This document shows, in pieces, positions 1 to 10,364 of a DNA stretch of 64,000 nucleotides. The stretch is from Clostridium sp. (lineage in GTDB: Bacteria; Bacillota; Clostridia; Oscillospirales; Acutalibacteraceae), in assembly GCF_032576335.1 (NCBI RefSeq), contig NZ_JAWFXC010000013.1, forward strand, positions 1,032 to 65,031, in the 5' to 3' direction. The notes beneath the pieces are model-generated. The model was given only the letters and a program-made list of their open reading frames with translations, was not told where the DNA came from and made no database searches. Each line of letters begins with the position of its first letter. Within the stretch, counting starts at the first letter, position 1. The translations under genes and the position numbers were made by a program.

Positions 1-311
1 CAACGAACCACATGAACAATGGCATCCACTTCGCGAATATTCGCTAAGAACTGGTTGCCAAGGCCCTCCCCCTTGGAGGCGCCACGAACCAGACCCGCAA
101 TGTCTACAAACTCGATTGTAGCGGGGGTGTACTTTTCGGGGTGATACATTTCGGCAAGCTTGTCCAAGCGTTTGTCCGGTACAGCAACCACACCAACGTT
201 GGGCTCTATAGTACAAAATGGATAGTTGGCAGACTGCGCTCCGGCGTTGGTAATAGCGTTGAACAATGTGCTTTTTCCAACGTTGGGCAGCCCGACGATT
301 CCCAGCTTCAT
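1..311 (-). CDS. ychF: Redox-regulated ATPase YchF (5' part; runs off window start)
   Basis: Manual minus-strand translation [21 protein letters not shown]...[13 protein letters not shown]...[36 protein letters not shown]. Alternative ATG at 320. Confidence 0.95.
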   Translation of the reverse strand, partial: MKLGIVGLPNVGKSTLFNAITNAGAQSANYPFCTIEPNVGVVAVPDKRLDKLAEMYHPEKYTPATIEFVDIAGLVRGASKGEGLGNQFLANIREVDAIVHVVR

Positions 312-388
312 TTCAATCATCAACCTCTTTCTCTTACAAAAGCATTCAGCTTATTATATTCTTTTTCTGCTTTTCACGCAAGGCTATT

Positions 389-1198
389 TCAGCCAATCAG
401 CCCAAGTCGCTCCAACAGCCATGCCAAAGCGTAAATAAGCGGTTGGTGAGCCATGTAAATAATCAGTGCCCAGCGTCCCATCCATGAAAAGAACGGGATC
501 CGACTGGGGTACATCCATTGAGGTGCCAATCCCTTTGCGACCGGTATACCAATCATCGTACCCGCTAAGAAGAGAAAGCCCCAAGGCAGCAGCGGAAAAT
601 AATCGGATGACCGGAAGGAAGAATCGTAAAATCCGAGTGGAAACAACCCGGGGATGTGATAAATTTCACCCGGCAACGGAATCACCGACACCGGGCCAAA
701 GCCCAAATAACCGGATGGAATGGGGCGGGTAAAAAAGTAGAGCAATACCAATAACAATACAATTGCCCATGAGAACGGAATTTTTTTTAGGTACCTGCTC
801 AAAAGGCCATACAGAATCATACACACAGCAAGAAAGTGCAAAATCCCGAACCATATTGCATAATCTGGCGTGACAATTGCGGTAACCAGTGTAACTGCCA
901 AAGCAATGGCAAGCAGGCGCAGCCCTCTTCGCAGGTTTGAGCGAGATAAAAGGGACGAGATTCCCGATATCATGATAAATAATGCTGCAAAAAAAGGCTC
1001 TGCCGGGGTAAAGAATTGAAAGAGTATCATCATCCACTTGATTTGGTACAAAAAAGCAAATGTATAAAATGCGTGGTAAAACACCATGCAGAACACCGCA
1101 AAACCACGCAGCTCGTCCATTAAGTATAGTCGAGGCCTCTGCCCCGCAGCCGGAGCTTGTATTTCTTCGCTCAAAATCATTCCTCCTGCCATTGCCAT
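389..1198 (-). CDS. DUF1624 / heparan-alpha-glucosaminide N-acetyltransferase-like membrane protein
   Basis: DELRGFAVFCMVFYH, FGILHFLA, SSDYFPLLPW and IYMAHQP motifs; multiple TM helices; exact start uncertain. Confidence 0.8.
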   Translation of the reverse strand: MAMAGGMILSEEIQAPAAGQRPRLYLMDELRGFAVFCMVFYHAFYTFAFLYQIKWMMILFQFFTPAEPFFAALFIMISGISSLLSRSNLRRGLRLLAIALAVTLVTAIVTPDYAIWFGILHFLAVCMILYGLLSRYLKKIPFSWAIVLLLVLLYFFTRPIPSGYLGFGPVSVIPLPGEIYHIPGLFPLGFYDSSFRSSDYFPLLPWGFLFLAGTMIGIPVAKGLAPQWMYPSRIPFFSWMGRWALIIYMAHQPLIYALAWLLERLGLIG

Positions 1199-1418
1199 TT
1201 GAATAGGATATGTTCTCGCAAATTGGCACTTTTGTGAAGCGACTATACAAAAATTGCTCGATTTTCACTGGAACATAAGCAAATTTACCGCTTCAAACCT
1301 AGCCCGTACCGTGTTATACTAGTTTTAGTGAAGCTTGCCCGGATTGCCCGGTGCATGTTTTCACTGCAATTTGATGAATTTCTATCATTTATTATATCGA
1401 AGGAAAGGAAGAATTACA

Positions 1419-1814
1419 ATGAATGAACCGAAAATTGGACAAATGCTTTCCCGCGATTACACTGTAACAGCCGCAGATTTAGCCTCCGCTTTTGGCAGCG
1501 GAAGCGTTACCGTTTTAGCCACTCCTAAAATTGTTGCATTAATGGAGGGCGTTGCCGCTGAATTAGCACAAGGCTACTTAGAGGATGGAATTACCACCGT
1601 AGGAGCTGAAATTAACGTAAAGCATATGGCTCCCACCGCGGAGGGCGTAACGGTGAAAATCACTGCAGAGCTAACTGAATGCGACGGCCGTAAATTTGCC
1701 TTTACTCTTCAGGCATTTGATAACGTAGGCCTGATTGCTACCGGTACTCATGTACGCGCCAGTATTAAAACGGCAAGCTTTCTTAAAAAAGCACAGGAGC
1801 GCGCACAGCAATAA
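1419..1814 (+). CDS. Hot-dog fold thioesterase (FlK-like)
   Basis: VLATPKIVALME, TTVGAEINVKHMAPT and GTHVR motifs; AAGGAA RBS before ATG 1419. Confidence 0.85.
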   Translation: MNEPKIGQMLSRDYTVTAADLASAFGSGSVTVLATPKIVALMEGVAAELAQGYLEDGITTVGAEINVKHMAPTAEGVTVKITAELTECDGRKFAFTLQAFDNVGLIATGTHVRASIKTASFLKKAQERAQQ

Positions 1815-1837
1815 ATACACAGCAGAAAGGAATACCC

Positions 1838-2500
1838 ATGAAACCTGTTTATCCCCTCGTTTTATTTGATTTAGATGGAACCCTAACGGAATCCGGCCCA
1901 GGTATCCTGAGCTGCGTGAGTGAGATTATGCAGCGTTTGGGTGTTCCTGTGCCCCCGCCAGAGGTATTGCGTACCTTTATCGGCCCTCCGCTCTTCCAGA
2001 GCTTTTCGCAGACCTGTGGCCTTTCTGATGAAATCTGTGACCAAGCCGTGAAAATGTACCGTGGTCTTTACGAAACGGAAGGCATTCATAAAAATTCTGT
2101 TTACCCAAACACCATTGAGCTATTAACAGCTTTGCGGCAGGCAGGGGCAAACATTTGCATTGCTACCTCAAAGCCATTGCCGCAGGCGAACCGAGTGGCA
2201 GAAATTTTTAAGCTTGCGCCGCTGGTCGATTTTATCGCAGGCCCCGCGGGCAGCTCCGAGCGTGAAAGCTCAAAGCTAGAGCTCATCAACTCGTGCCTCG
2301 AGCGTTTTTCTGTAAAGCCGGAAAACGCTGTGATGATTGGCGACACCAAGTTTGACGCTGATGGCGCACAATTGGCGGGTACTGCGTTTATCGGGATGCT
2401 TCACGGCTATGGCACGCGTGAAGAAATGCTGGAATATTACCCAAAGGCTCGCTTTGCCGCAGATTTTTCAGAACTGGAGCACATGCTCTTGACAAACTGA
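1838..2500 (+). CDS. HAD-family hydrolase (phosphoglycolate phosphatase/nucleotidase-like)
   Basis: LFDLDGTL motif I, ATSK motif II, MIGDTKFD motif IV. Confidence 0.9.
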   Translation: MKPVYPLVLFDLDGTLTESGPGILSCVSEIMQRLGVPVPPPEVLRTFIGPPLFQSFSQTCGLSDEICDQAVKMYRGLYETEGIHKNSVYPNTIELLTALRQAGANICIATSKPLPQANRVAEIFKLAPLVDFIAGPAGSSERESSKLELINSCLERFSVKPENAVMIGDTKFDADGAQLAGTAFIGMLHGYGTREEMLEYYPKARFAADFSELEHMLLTN

Positions 2501-2531
2501 CTCATTGCGGTATATAGTGAAACTAGAACTG

Positions 2532-2626
2532 AATATGGGGTGCTGCGTATACGCGGCTGAGATGAGGCGGATTGACGCCTATGTCCCTTTGACCTGATCT
2601 GGATAATGCCAGCGTAGGAAATATTT
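2532..2626 (+). ncRNA. TPP (thi-box) riboswitch
   Basis: GGGGTGC...GCTGAGA...CCCTTTGACCTGATCTGGATAATGCCAGCGTAGGAA matches the TPP aptamer consensus; lies upstream of thiT. Confidence 0.95.
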
Positions 2627-2636
2627 GCAGCACAGC

Positions 2637-2675
2637 AAAACGCATTGTGGTATTTTCCGCTATGCGTTTTTTTGT
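2637..2675 (+). terminator. Riboswitch expression-platform terminator
   Basis: AAAACGCATTGTGG-tatttt-CCGCTATGCGTTTT hairpin followed by a T-tract, directly after the aptamer. Confidence 0.8.
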
Positions 2676-2797
2676 TAGCGGCACATTTTTCAGGAAGATC
2701 GGCAGTTCACACATCGGTTATCCGTTACCGGAACAGCGGAAGTGTCAAACACCAACCGAATGAAAAAGAGTTGGCTATGGCACAGAAAGGATCTTTT

Positions 2798-3367
2798 ATG
2801 AAAAAAACAAATACCATCGTACTTGTGGAATGTGCGCTCATGATTGCGCTCTCCACTGTTCTGAGCATGATCAAGGTGGTTGATTTGCCGCAGGGCGGGT
2901 CTATCACCTTGGCGAGCATGGCTCCCCTCGTCCTCGTTTCTTATCGTCACGGTGTGAAATGGGGTTTGGGAACGGCATTTGTTCACAGCCTGCTGCAAAT
3001 ACTGCTGAACTTCACTGCCCCTCCTGCAAAAACGCTGACTGCGTTTCTACTGGTGGTACTGCTGGACTATGTACTTGCTTTCACCGTTCTGGGTAGCGCC
3101 GCTTTTTGGGGCAAGCCATTTCATAACCGTTCCATACGTATTGTTTTTGGCGTTGCAATTGCTGTTTTTCTGCGCTTTATATGCAGTTTTCTGTCCGGTA
3201 TCTTTATTTGGAGCGAATATGCACCGGAAGGCACACCGGTTTGGCTGTATTCCTTAATTTATAATGGAAGCTACATGCTTCCCGAAATGATTATTACGGC
3301 TGTGGTTACCCTTACTCTCGTTAAAGTGTTAGACAGAACTGGGAACCGCTCCGCTCATGCCGCGTAA
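2798..3367 (+). CDS. thiT: ECF S-component thiamine transporter ThiT
   Basis: LPQGGSITLASM, LDYVLAF, SGIFIWSEYAP and YSLIYNGSY motifs; TPP riboswitch upstream. Confidence 0.92.
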   Translation: MKKTNTIVLVECALMIALSTVLSMIKVVDLPQGGSITLASMAPLVLVSYRHGVKWGLGTAFVHSLLQILLNFTAPPAKTLTAFLLVVLLDYVLAFTVLGSAAFWGKPFHNRSIRIVFGVAIAVFLRFICSFLSGIFIWSEYAPEGTPVWLYSLIYNGSYMLPEMIITAVVTLTLVKVLDRTGNRSAHAA

Positions 3368-3433
3368 AGCGCTCTTACCAAAGGATAGAGGGCTTGTTTG
3401 GAGGAAGTCCACAAAGTTGGGACAGACCTGTAA

Positions 3434-3460
3434 ACAAAACGGAGGGCTTGTCATAAAATA
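3434..3460 (+). promoter_or_regulatory. Putative sigK/sigE-type sporulation promoter
   Basis: AC-N16-CATAAAATA matches the sigK consensus AC-N16-CATAnnnTA. Confidence 0.5.
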
Positions 3461-3464
3461 CATT

Positions 3465-3573
3465 AGGTGAGCCAAACGCCTTCTTCCAATTCATGTTCCT
3501 CCTATTTATATATAGTTCACCTTGTCGTACAGAGGCTAAGAGGGAAAACCGTGCCGGCGGTTTTCCCTCTTTT
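3465..3573 (+). ncRNA. Candidate small RNA with an anti-SD loop and intrinsic terminator
   Basis: AGGTGAG/TTCACCT stem encloses CCTTCTTCC and TTCCTCCT; terminator AAGAGGGAAAACC/GGTTTTCCCTCTT-TT at 3538-3573. Confidence 0.45.
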
Positions 3574-3670
3574 CAAAATTTATAAAGAACAACTTATTTC
3601 GGGTACAAATTACTTTTTCTCACTACCATTTATAAATGCTTTTTTTAATATCCATAACTCCATTTAAAAG

Positions 3671-3705
3671 AGAAAAAGCTACTGGTAAAGCCAGTAGCTT
3701 TTTCT
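3671..3705. terminator. Intrinsic terminator downstream of the MFS gene (bidirectional shape)
   Basis: AGAAAAAGCTACTGG-taaag-CCAGTAGCTTTTTCT perfect inverted repeat. Confidence 0.85.
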
Positions 3706-3712
3706 TTCGCAA

Positions 3713-5170
3713 TCAGAGCGGTCTTTCGTGGTTGCAATCGCTTACATTTCGTCTTTCTGCCGGATTACGGCAACATATTCTACGCAGAAACGCAAAGAGC
3801 TTATTTCCTTCCATCATAGTATTTTCAGAAAATACAATCAGCGCACAAATCAGGCTGGCAACAAGCAAAAGAAAGAAACAGCCTAAGAGCAAAACCGAAC
3901 CGTACGATGTGCCCAAAGCAAACTCATAGCGGTGTTGAAACGACGATAAAACTGCCGCCGCTACCACGGTAGCTACTGAGCCTACAAACTGCTGTAAAGT
4001 ATTTATTATGGCGTTTCCGTCTGAAAGCTCTTCCGTACGCAGAGCACTCAGGCTGGTTGCCATTAGGTTGCTGTAAGATAGCCCTAGGCCTACCATAAAC
4101 ACCAAGTGAGATGCAATGAGCAAAAGAACTACATTGGTGCGCAAGAGTGCCATAAGCAGTAAAACACCTACGCAGGCAATACTAAGGCCTATTATAATTG
4201 GTTTTTTCGCACCCGATTTATCTAAAATTCGCCCAGAGATAGGCGCTAACAATGCCCCAGCCATCGCACCAGGGAACATAAACATTCCGGCTGCAGAGGA
4301 ATCCAGCCCCGTCACAATTTGCAGATAATTAGGGAAAACAAAGGAATTTCCAAGCAGCAGTGCCTGATAAATAAGGAAGCAAACCATCATAGCGGTAAAC
4401 CGCCTGTTTTTGAGTACGCTCAAATGCAATAGCGGCTTTTGGCGGTTAAAATGCAGAAACAGCCCGCCTGTTACAATACTACCGGTAAAAAACAAAGCCG
4501 CAGTAATCATCTGGCTTGCGCTAAGAGCCATTAAAATGCAGGTAAACGTAGCCGCCAAAAACACAGCGCTTCCAAGGGAGATTGGCTCTCTAACGGCTTT
4601 TTGTTCTTTGGGGATAGAGCGCAGACCCAAAAACAAGGAGAGAACAATTAATGGAATTAAGAAGAGGAAGATGTCGCGCCAAGTAAAATAATGGGACAGA
4701 ACCCCTCCGTACGTTGGGCCAATGGCAGGGGCAATGGCTGTTGTTAGTGTACCGATTCCCATCATCATACCGCGGCTTGATTCCGGCGCCTTTGTTAAGA
4801 TGATGTGGAACATCAGCGGCAGTGCAATTCCCGTTCCCACGCCCTGTAATAAGCGCCCCAATAGTAGAAGGGCAAAGGACGGCAGAACGTAGTTAACCAG
4901 CATACCGGCTAGAAAAAACAGATTCGCACAAACAAACAGGGTACGGATCGAAAAGTTCCGATTCAAATAGGATGACAGCGGGACAATAACCGAAATAGCC
5001 AGCAGGCAAATGGTGGTAACCCACTGCACAGCGGCCGTTGTTACACCAAACTCATGAATTAAAGTGGGGAATGTCACGTTCATAGCGGTTTCAATTAATA
5101 CACCTGAAAATGATAGCAACCCGGTTGCAATCACTGCCAGAATTAAGTGGAAATTTTTTTGCTTTGCCAT
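3713..5170 (-). CDS. DHA2-family (LmrB/EmrB-like) MFS efflux transporter
   Basis: About 14 TM segments; ETAMNVTFP, GRLLQGVGTG and APAIGPTYGG motifs. Confidence 0.9.
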   Translation of the reverse strand: MAKQKNFHLILAVIATGLLSFSGVLIETAMNVTFPTLIHEFGVTTAAVQWVTTICLLAISVIVPLSSYLNRNFSIRTLFVCANLFFLAGMLVNYVLPSFALLLLGRLLQGVGTGIALPLMFHIILTKAPESSRGMMMGIGTLTTAIAPAIGPTYGGVLSHYFTWRDIFLFLIPLIVLSLFLGLRSIPKEQKAVREPISLGSAVFLAATFTCILMALSASQMITAALFFTGSIVTGGLFLHFNRQKPLLHLSVLKNRRFTAMMVCFLIYQALLLGNSFVFPNYLQIVTGLDSSAAGMFMFPGAMAGALLAPISGRILDKSGAKKPIIIGLSIACVGVLLLMALLRTNVVLLLIASHLVFMVGLGLSYSNLMATSLSALRTEELSDGNAIINTLQQFVGSVATVVAAAVLSSFQHRYEFALGTSYGSVLLLGCFFLLLVASLICALIVFSENTMMEGNKLFAFLRRICCRNPAERRNVSDCNHERPL

Positions 5171-5191
5171 ATAAACTCCTTTACAAAAAAT

Positions 5192-5275
5192 AAAAAAAGA
5201 GACGAAAATTATTATTTTGCAATAATAATTTTCGCCTCTATTATCAGCACAAAACGTGCTCTCTGTACGAAATCC
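5192..5275 (-). promoter_or_regulatory. Leader with terminator/antiterminator (riboswitch-like attenuator)
   Basis: A 19-bp terminator stem (5198-5239) plus U-tract lies between promoter and RBS; upstream UUUCGU can pair with GCGAAA in the 5' arm. Confidence 0.65.
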
Positions 5276-5280
5276 TTTGT

Positions 5281-5309
5281 ATTATACAAGAAATAATGCT
5301 GTTTGTCAA
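5281..5309 (-). promoter_or_regulatory. sigma-A promoter of the MFS gene
   Basis: TTGACA-17 bp-TATAAT perfect consensus on the minus strand. Confidence 0.85.
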
Positions 5310-5326
5310 ATTCGTATCACAAGAAA

Positions 5327-6091
5327 TTATACGGCCAAATTTAACTCTTCCGGTTGTACCATGCCGGTTTGTATGGCACGGTCACGCAGGAAGATATACA
5401 GCTCCGCCATGCTCGCATAAAAGTACGGCGTAATAAGGCATACACCCAGAGAGATGATTACATTTGTTAAAAAATCGGGAAGATTCACCATTGCCAATAA
5501 AAACATCCCAATGAAAACCAGCACGAACCAACCAAGGAAAGAAAGCGTTAAAACAAAAATAGAAGCTTTTTCTCCATCCGTCATCATGCGGCTAATCTGC
5601 CGTGCTCTGCTGCCCGAAATTTGAGGATTATCGGACAATATAAATGGAACCAGAATATACTGATAAAATTTGTAAATGCCAGGAATAATCAGAAGCAGCG
5701 CCCACAAAACAATAAAAAGGTTTGTCACAACGCTGGTTAAAACAACTTTAGCATACCCGTTGCGAAAGCTCATAAAGACATCTGAAAATTTCCCTGCATT
5801 AAAGCGGTTGCGTACAAAAAAGCCGTGTAAACCTACGACAAGCGGCATCACAATAAAAACGCTAAATAAAAGATATCCTATGTTATATGCCATAAACACA
5901 CTAGGTTCTACCAAAAACACACCTGCATCCAAACCTCTTACCCATCTTTTATTTACTTCTGTATAGCCAGTCATCCACTCTACCAACGACGGGAAAAATA
6001 CAACAAATATTGAAACAAGATATGCCACCCAAAACTTACTTCCTCGAATGGCTTCTTTGGCGTTGTTTTTTAAAATTGGTCTACTCCACAT
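5327..6091 (-). CDS. DUF975-family integral membrane protein
   Basis: LKNNAKEAI N-terminus; LWALLLIIPGIYK.YQY..VPFIL.DNP...SR.M..G.K and LSFLGW pattern. Confidence 0.85.
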   Translation of the reverse strand: MWSRPILKNNAKEAIRGSKFWVAYLVSIFVVFFPSLVEWMTGYTEVNKRWVRGLDAGVFLVEPSVFMAYNIGYLLFSVFIVMPLVVGLHGFFVRNRFNAGKFSDVFMSFRNGYAKVVLTSVVTNLFIVLWALLLIIPGIYKFYQYILVPFILSDNPQISGSRARQISRMMTDGEKASIFVLTLSFLGWFVLVFIGMFLLAMVNLPDFLTNVIISLGVCLITPYFYASMAELYIFLRDRAIQTGMVQPEELNLAV

Positions 6092-6327
6092 AAACAGAAC
6101 CCCTTTCACCTATTTATCATACGAATTACATAAGGCCACTATTCCACCGCATCGCCTTACCCTATTCGGTTTTTTCGCAAAAATTATACACACTATGCTA
6201 CAAACAAACATTATTATTTTTTATATTGTTTCTAATAGCCTGTTCTTTCGTCTTTTCTGCAACAATTTTTCTATATAAATATTTCAATTGTTTGAGTGTC
6301 GTGCACTGCTATTTCTTCTTACCCAAA

Positions 6328-6387
6328 TAAAAAAGAACAAGGGACCAGTTCATCGGTGATTATCCGACCCTGCCTGATCCCTTGTTA
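6328..6387 (-). terminator. Terminator after ilvC
   Basis: AACAAGGGATCAG...CTGGTCCCTTGTT followed by CTTTTTT on the minus strand. Confidence 0.65.
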
Positions 6388-6424
6388 CCGAACTTATGCT
6401 ATGAACGAAACCAATGCGTTCCGC

Positions 6425-7462
<1,038 letters not shown>

Positions 7463-7499
7463 TTATAGACAGAGTTCAAGTTTCATTTGCCAAGTCCGC

Positions 7500-8003
7500 T
7501 TAAACGCTCTGTTTTCTGGTAACCTGGGGCCCTTGCTCCAGTGCAACGGTGCCGGTACGGGCAATTTCTTTAATGCCGTAGGGCTTAAGTAGAGTAAGAA
7601 TCGTTTCAATCTTTTCTGCGGTATCCGCAGCCTGTATGGTAAGTGAAGTTAAAGAAACATCTACCACACGTGCTCGGAATAGCTCTGCGATTTGAATAAT
7701 TTCTGGGCGGTACTGCGGGGTGCAGCTTACCTTAATAAGCGCAAGCTCACAGCTAATAAACGGGCCGGTATCGTCAAGGCGTTTCACCTTAATGATAGGA
7801 ATTAGCTTATTAAGCTGCTTTTCCACCTGCTCCATCACATATTCGTCACCGTTGACGACAATCGTCATGCGAGAAATTGCCGGGTCTTCCGTTACTCCCA
7901 CGGCAAGGCTGTCAATATTAAATGCACGGCGTGAAAATAAGCCAGATACTTTAGACAGTACGCCGGGCTGGTTTTCCACTAAAACGGAGAGAGTATATTT
8001 CAT
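7500..8003 (-). CDS. ilvN: Acetolactate synthase small subunit
   Basis: LSVLVENQPGVLSKVSGLFSRRAFNIDSL ACT domain; ATG 8003 with AGGGAGG RBS. Confidence 0.96.
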   Translation of the reverse strand: MKYTLSVLVENQPGVLSKVSGLFSRRAFNIDSLAVGVTEDPAISRMTIVVNGDEYVMEQVEKQLNKLIPIIKVKRLDDTGPFISCELALIKVSCTPQYRPEIIQIAELFRARVVDVSLTSLTIQAADTAEKIETILTLLKPYGIKEIARTGTVALEQGPQVTRKQSV

Positions 8004-8019
8004 TTCGGCGCCCTCCCTT

Positions 8020-9639
8020 TCAAATAGACGGCAAGGTTGGGTCAACCTTGCACACAAGCAGATATGGCTTGTTGGAAGCGAGCATAACTTTCGCCAGCTC
8101 TTCTGCTTCGGGGTTGTTTTCCGCCTGTGCGGATTCCATTCCGTAAGCTCTCGCCAATGCCACAAAATCGGGATTCCCGTTCAACACGGTGGCCATATGC
8201 CGCTTGCCATACATTTTATCTTGAATCTCGCGAACCATGCCGAGGTGCCCGTTTTCCATTACAATAATTTTAACGGCAACATCACTCTGCATAATGGTAC
8301 CAAGCTCACACATAGACATTTGGAACGAACCGTCGCCGCAAACGGCAACAACCTGCCTTTTGGGCTTAGCCAGCTTTGCGCCAATGGCGGCCGGGATGGA
8401 ATACCCCATCGTGCCAAGGCCGCCGGAGGTTAAAAAGCGCCCTTCTTTTACATTGAAGTTATTGACAGACCAAATTTGGTTCTGACCAACATCCGCTACG
8501 AGAATGGCGTCCTCCTGCATCATAGAAGAAAGGGTTCTCATAAATGAACGGGGCTCCACGTAATCCTGCGAAGGCTCACCATGCGGAACCTCGGACTCCC
8601 GAAGCTCGTGAACACTACTTAGCCATTCCTGCGAAACCGTGCGGCTTACTTTGTCGGTAAGGCTCTTGAGCACCAAGCGAATATCTCCAACAATTGGGAT
8701 ATGCGCAGTAATGTTCTTGCCGATTTCCGCCGGGTCAACATCAATATGAATAATCTGCGCCTTGCCACCCAGCATTTCTGGGGCAATAATGGCTCGGTCA
8801 CCTACTCGAGCGCCGCACAAAATAACTACATCGGCAGAGAGCAGTGCCTGATTCGCACTCCTTTTCCCATGAGAACCAACCATACCGAGGTAAGAGTCGC
8901 TGTCCAGCGGGACCACACCGATACCCATCATGGTAGAGACTACGGGGATTTCCGTTTTCTCCACAAAATCCATCATTTCTTTTCTGGCACCCGCCAAAAC
9001 CACACCGCCGCCGCAGCAAATCAGCGGCCGCTGTGCCGTGGCAAGCACCTCAATGGCGCGCTTAATTTGCAGGGCATGTCCCTGCGTTCTGGGTTTATAT
9101 CCAATAATATCCGCATGCTGCGGGTATTTGAATTCTTTAATCTCATTTTGCTGTACATCCACAGGCACATCTATGAGCACCGGGCCGGGTCGGCCGGTGG
9201 TAGCAATGTGAAACGCTTCCTTAAAAACACGGGGCAAGTCAGCAGTATCCTTTACTAAATAGCTGTGTTTGGTAAAGGGCTCACACGCACCGGTAATATC
9301 CGCTTCTTGGAATACGTCTCTGCCAAGAAGCTCCGAACGAACCTGCCCGGTGATGGCAATGAGCGGCACGGAATCCATGTACGCGGTTGCAATGCCGGTA
9401 ATCAGATTGGTTGCGCCGGGGCCGGAGGTGGCAATGCACACACCGGGCTTGCTGCTCGAGCGGGCATAGCCGCTTGCTGCGTGGGCTGCGTTTTGTTCCT
9501 GCCGTACCAATATATGTTGGATGGAGGACTGAGACAACAGGTCGTAAAAAGGACAGATTGCCGCGCCCGGATAGCCGAATGCTAGAACGACTCCTTCTTC
9601 CTCCAGGCATTTCACCATGATTTCCGCTCCGCTTATCAT
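8020..9639 (-). CDS. ilvB: Acetolactate synthase large subunit
   Basis: FGYPGAA, ATSGPGATN, SGGLGTMG and GDGSFQM ThDP motif. Confidence 0.97.
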   Translation of the reverse strand: MISGAEIMVKCLEEEGVVLAFGYPGAAICPFYDLLSQSSIQHILVRQEQNAAHAASGYARSSSKPGVCIATSGPGATNLITGIATAYMDSVPLIAITGQVRSELLGRDVFQEADITGACEPFTKHSYLVKDTADLPRVFKEAFHIATTGRPGPVLIDVPVDVQQNEIKEFKYPQHADIIGYKPRTQGHALQIKRAIEVLATAQRPLICCGGGVVLAGARKEMMDFVEKTEIPVVSTMMGIGVVPLDSDSYLGMVGSHGKRSANQALLSADVVILCGARVGDRAIIAPEMLGGKAQIIHIDVDPAEIGKNITAHIPIVGDIRLVLKSLTDKVSRTVSQEWLSSVHELRESEVPHGEPSQDYVEPRSFMRTLSSMMQEDAILVADVGQNQIWSVNNFNVKEGRFLTSGGLGTMGYSIPAAIGAKLAKPKRQVVAVCGDGSFQMSMCELGTIMQSDVAVKIIVMENGHLGMVREIQDKMYGKRHMATVLNGNPDFVALARAYGMESAQAENNPEAEELAKVMLASNKPYLLVCKVDPTLPSI

Positions 9640-9855
9640 CGTACTCCACCTTCCCACTCATCAAATTTATGTTCTATCTGATTTCAATCGTACTTCCGTG
9701 TACCCGCAGTAACATAACGGGGCAAACTTCTTTTTCCCTTTTTATTTGCAAAAAAACAGTCTTTGGCAAACATAGGAAAAACCGGTGGCTTTCCTTTTGT
9801 ATCGAAGCAACTGGAACGCCGCCGATTAAAAAGTCAACAAGTTAAATTACCTTTT

Positions 9856-9884
9856 ATTATAATATGATACTTCTACCGAGTCAA
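9856..9884 (-). promoter_or_regulatory. sigma-A promoter of ilvBNC
   Basis: TTGACT-17 bp-TATAAT on the minus strand. Confidence 0.7.
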
Positions 9885-9885
9885 T

Positions 9886-9930
9886 AAAAAAAGCGGTGCA
9901 CCGCTCCCCAAAGGAGCGCGATACACCGCG
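9886..9930 (-). terminator. Terminator of the sugar/transketolase operon
   Basis: GCGGTGTATCG-CGCTCC-tttg-GGGAGCG-GTGCACCGC followed by TTTTTTT. Confidence 0.75.
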
Positions 9931-9950
9931 ATACTTTTGTGCAATTCTGC

Positions 9951-10349
9951 TTATTTCACCAAAGATTTCAGTGTTTCAATCTGAGCGGGAGTCAGGTCGA
10001 TGATGTCGCTGTTCTCCATACCGGTAGAAACATCCTCAATCAGAACCATCTTGGTGTCCTTTTGAGTCACAGTATTGTGCCACAGGGACTGAGGGATATT
10101 GTAAACCTTGAACGGCTCCATCTCCAGCGCTTCCATCTTCAGCTCGCCATCAACTTCTTCTGCACTAATCAAAGTGCAGCGGCCGCTAAGCAGTACAAAC
10201 AGCTCGTCGGTCTTATTGTGGCGCTCTAAGCAGGTGGTTCCGGTAATGTCATTTGCGGGCTTCCAGTTTTTAATGCCGACTGTCCACTTTTCGTTCTCGT
10301 AGACTCTCTGCATGCCTTCGCCGTTCATTTCAAAGCTTTGAATTTTCAT
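9951..10349 (-). CDS. Small cupin-fold protein of unknown function
   Basis: ERHNKTDELFVLLSG...YNIPQSLWHNT resembles the two-motif cupin metal site; last gene of the operon. Confidence 0.7.
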   Translation of the reverse strand: MKIQSFEMNGEGMQRVYENEKWTVGIKNWKPANDITGTTCLERHNKTDELFVLLSGRCTLISAEEVDGELKMEALEMEPFKVYNIPQSLWHNTVTQKDTKMVLIEDVSTGMENSDIIDLTPAQIETLKSLVK

Positions 10350-10364
10350 GGTTGTGTCTCCCTC

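Noticed and set aside
2645..2797. N-terminal extension of the thiT ORF in the track
   Set aside because: It overlaps the riboswitch terminator and UTR; the ATG at 2798 has the AAAGGA RBS.
3375..3494. 39-aa minus-strand ORF (MNWKKAFGSP...)
   Set aside because: SD-to-ATG spacing is only 3 nt, no promoter seen, and the peptide is not hydrophobic. The plus-strand sRNA reading explains the promoter and terminator better.
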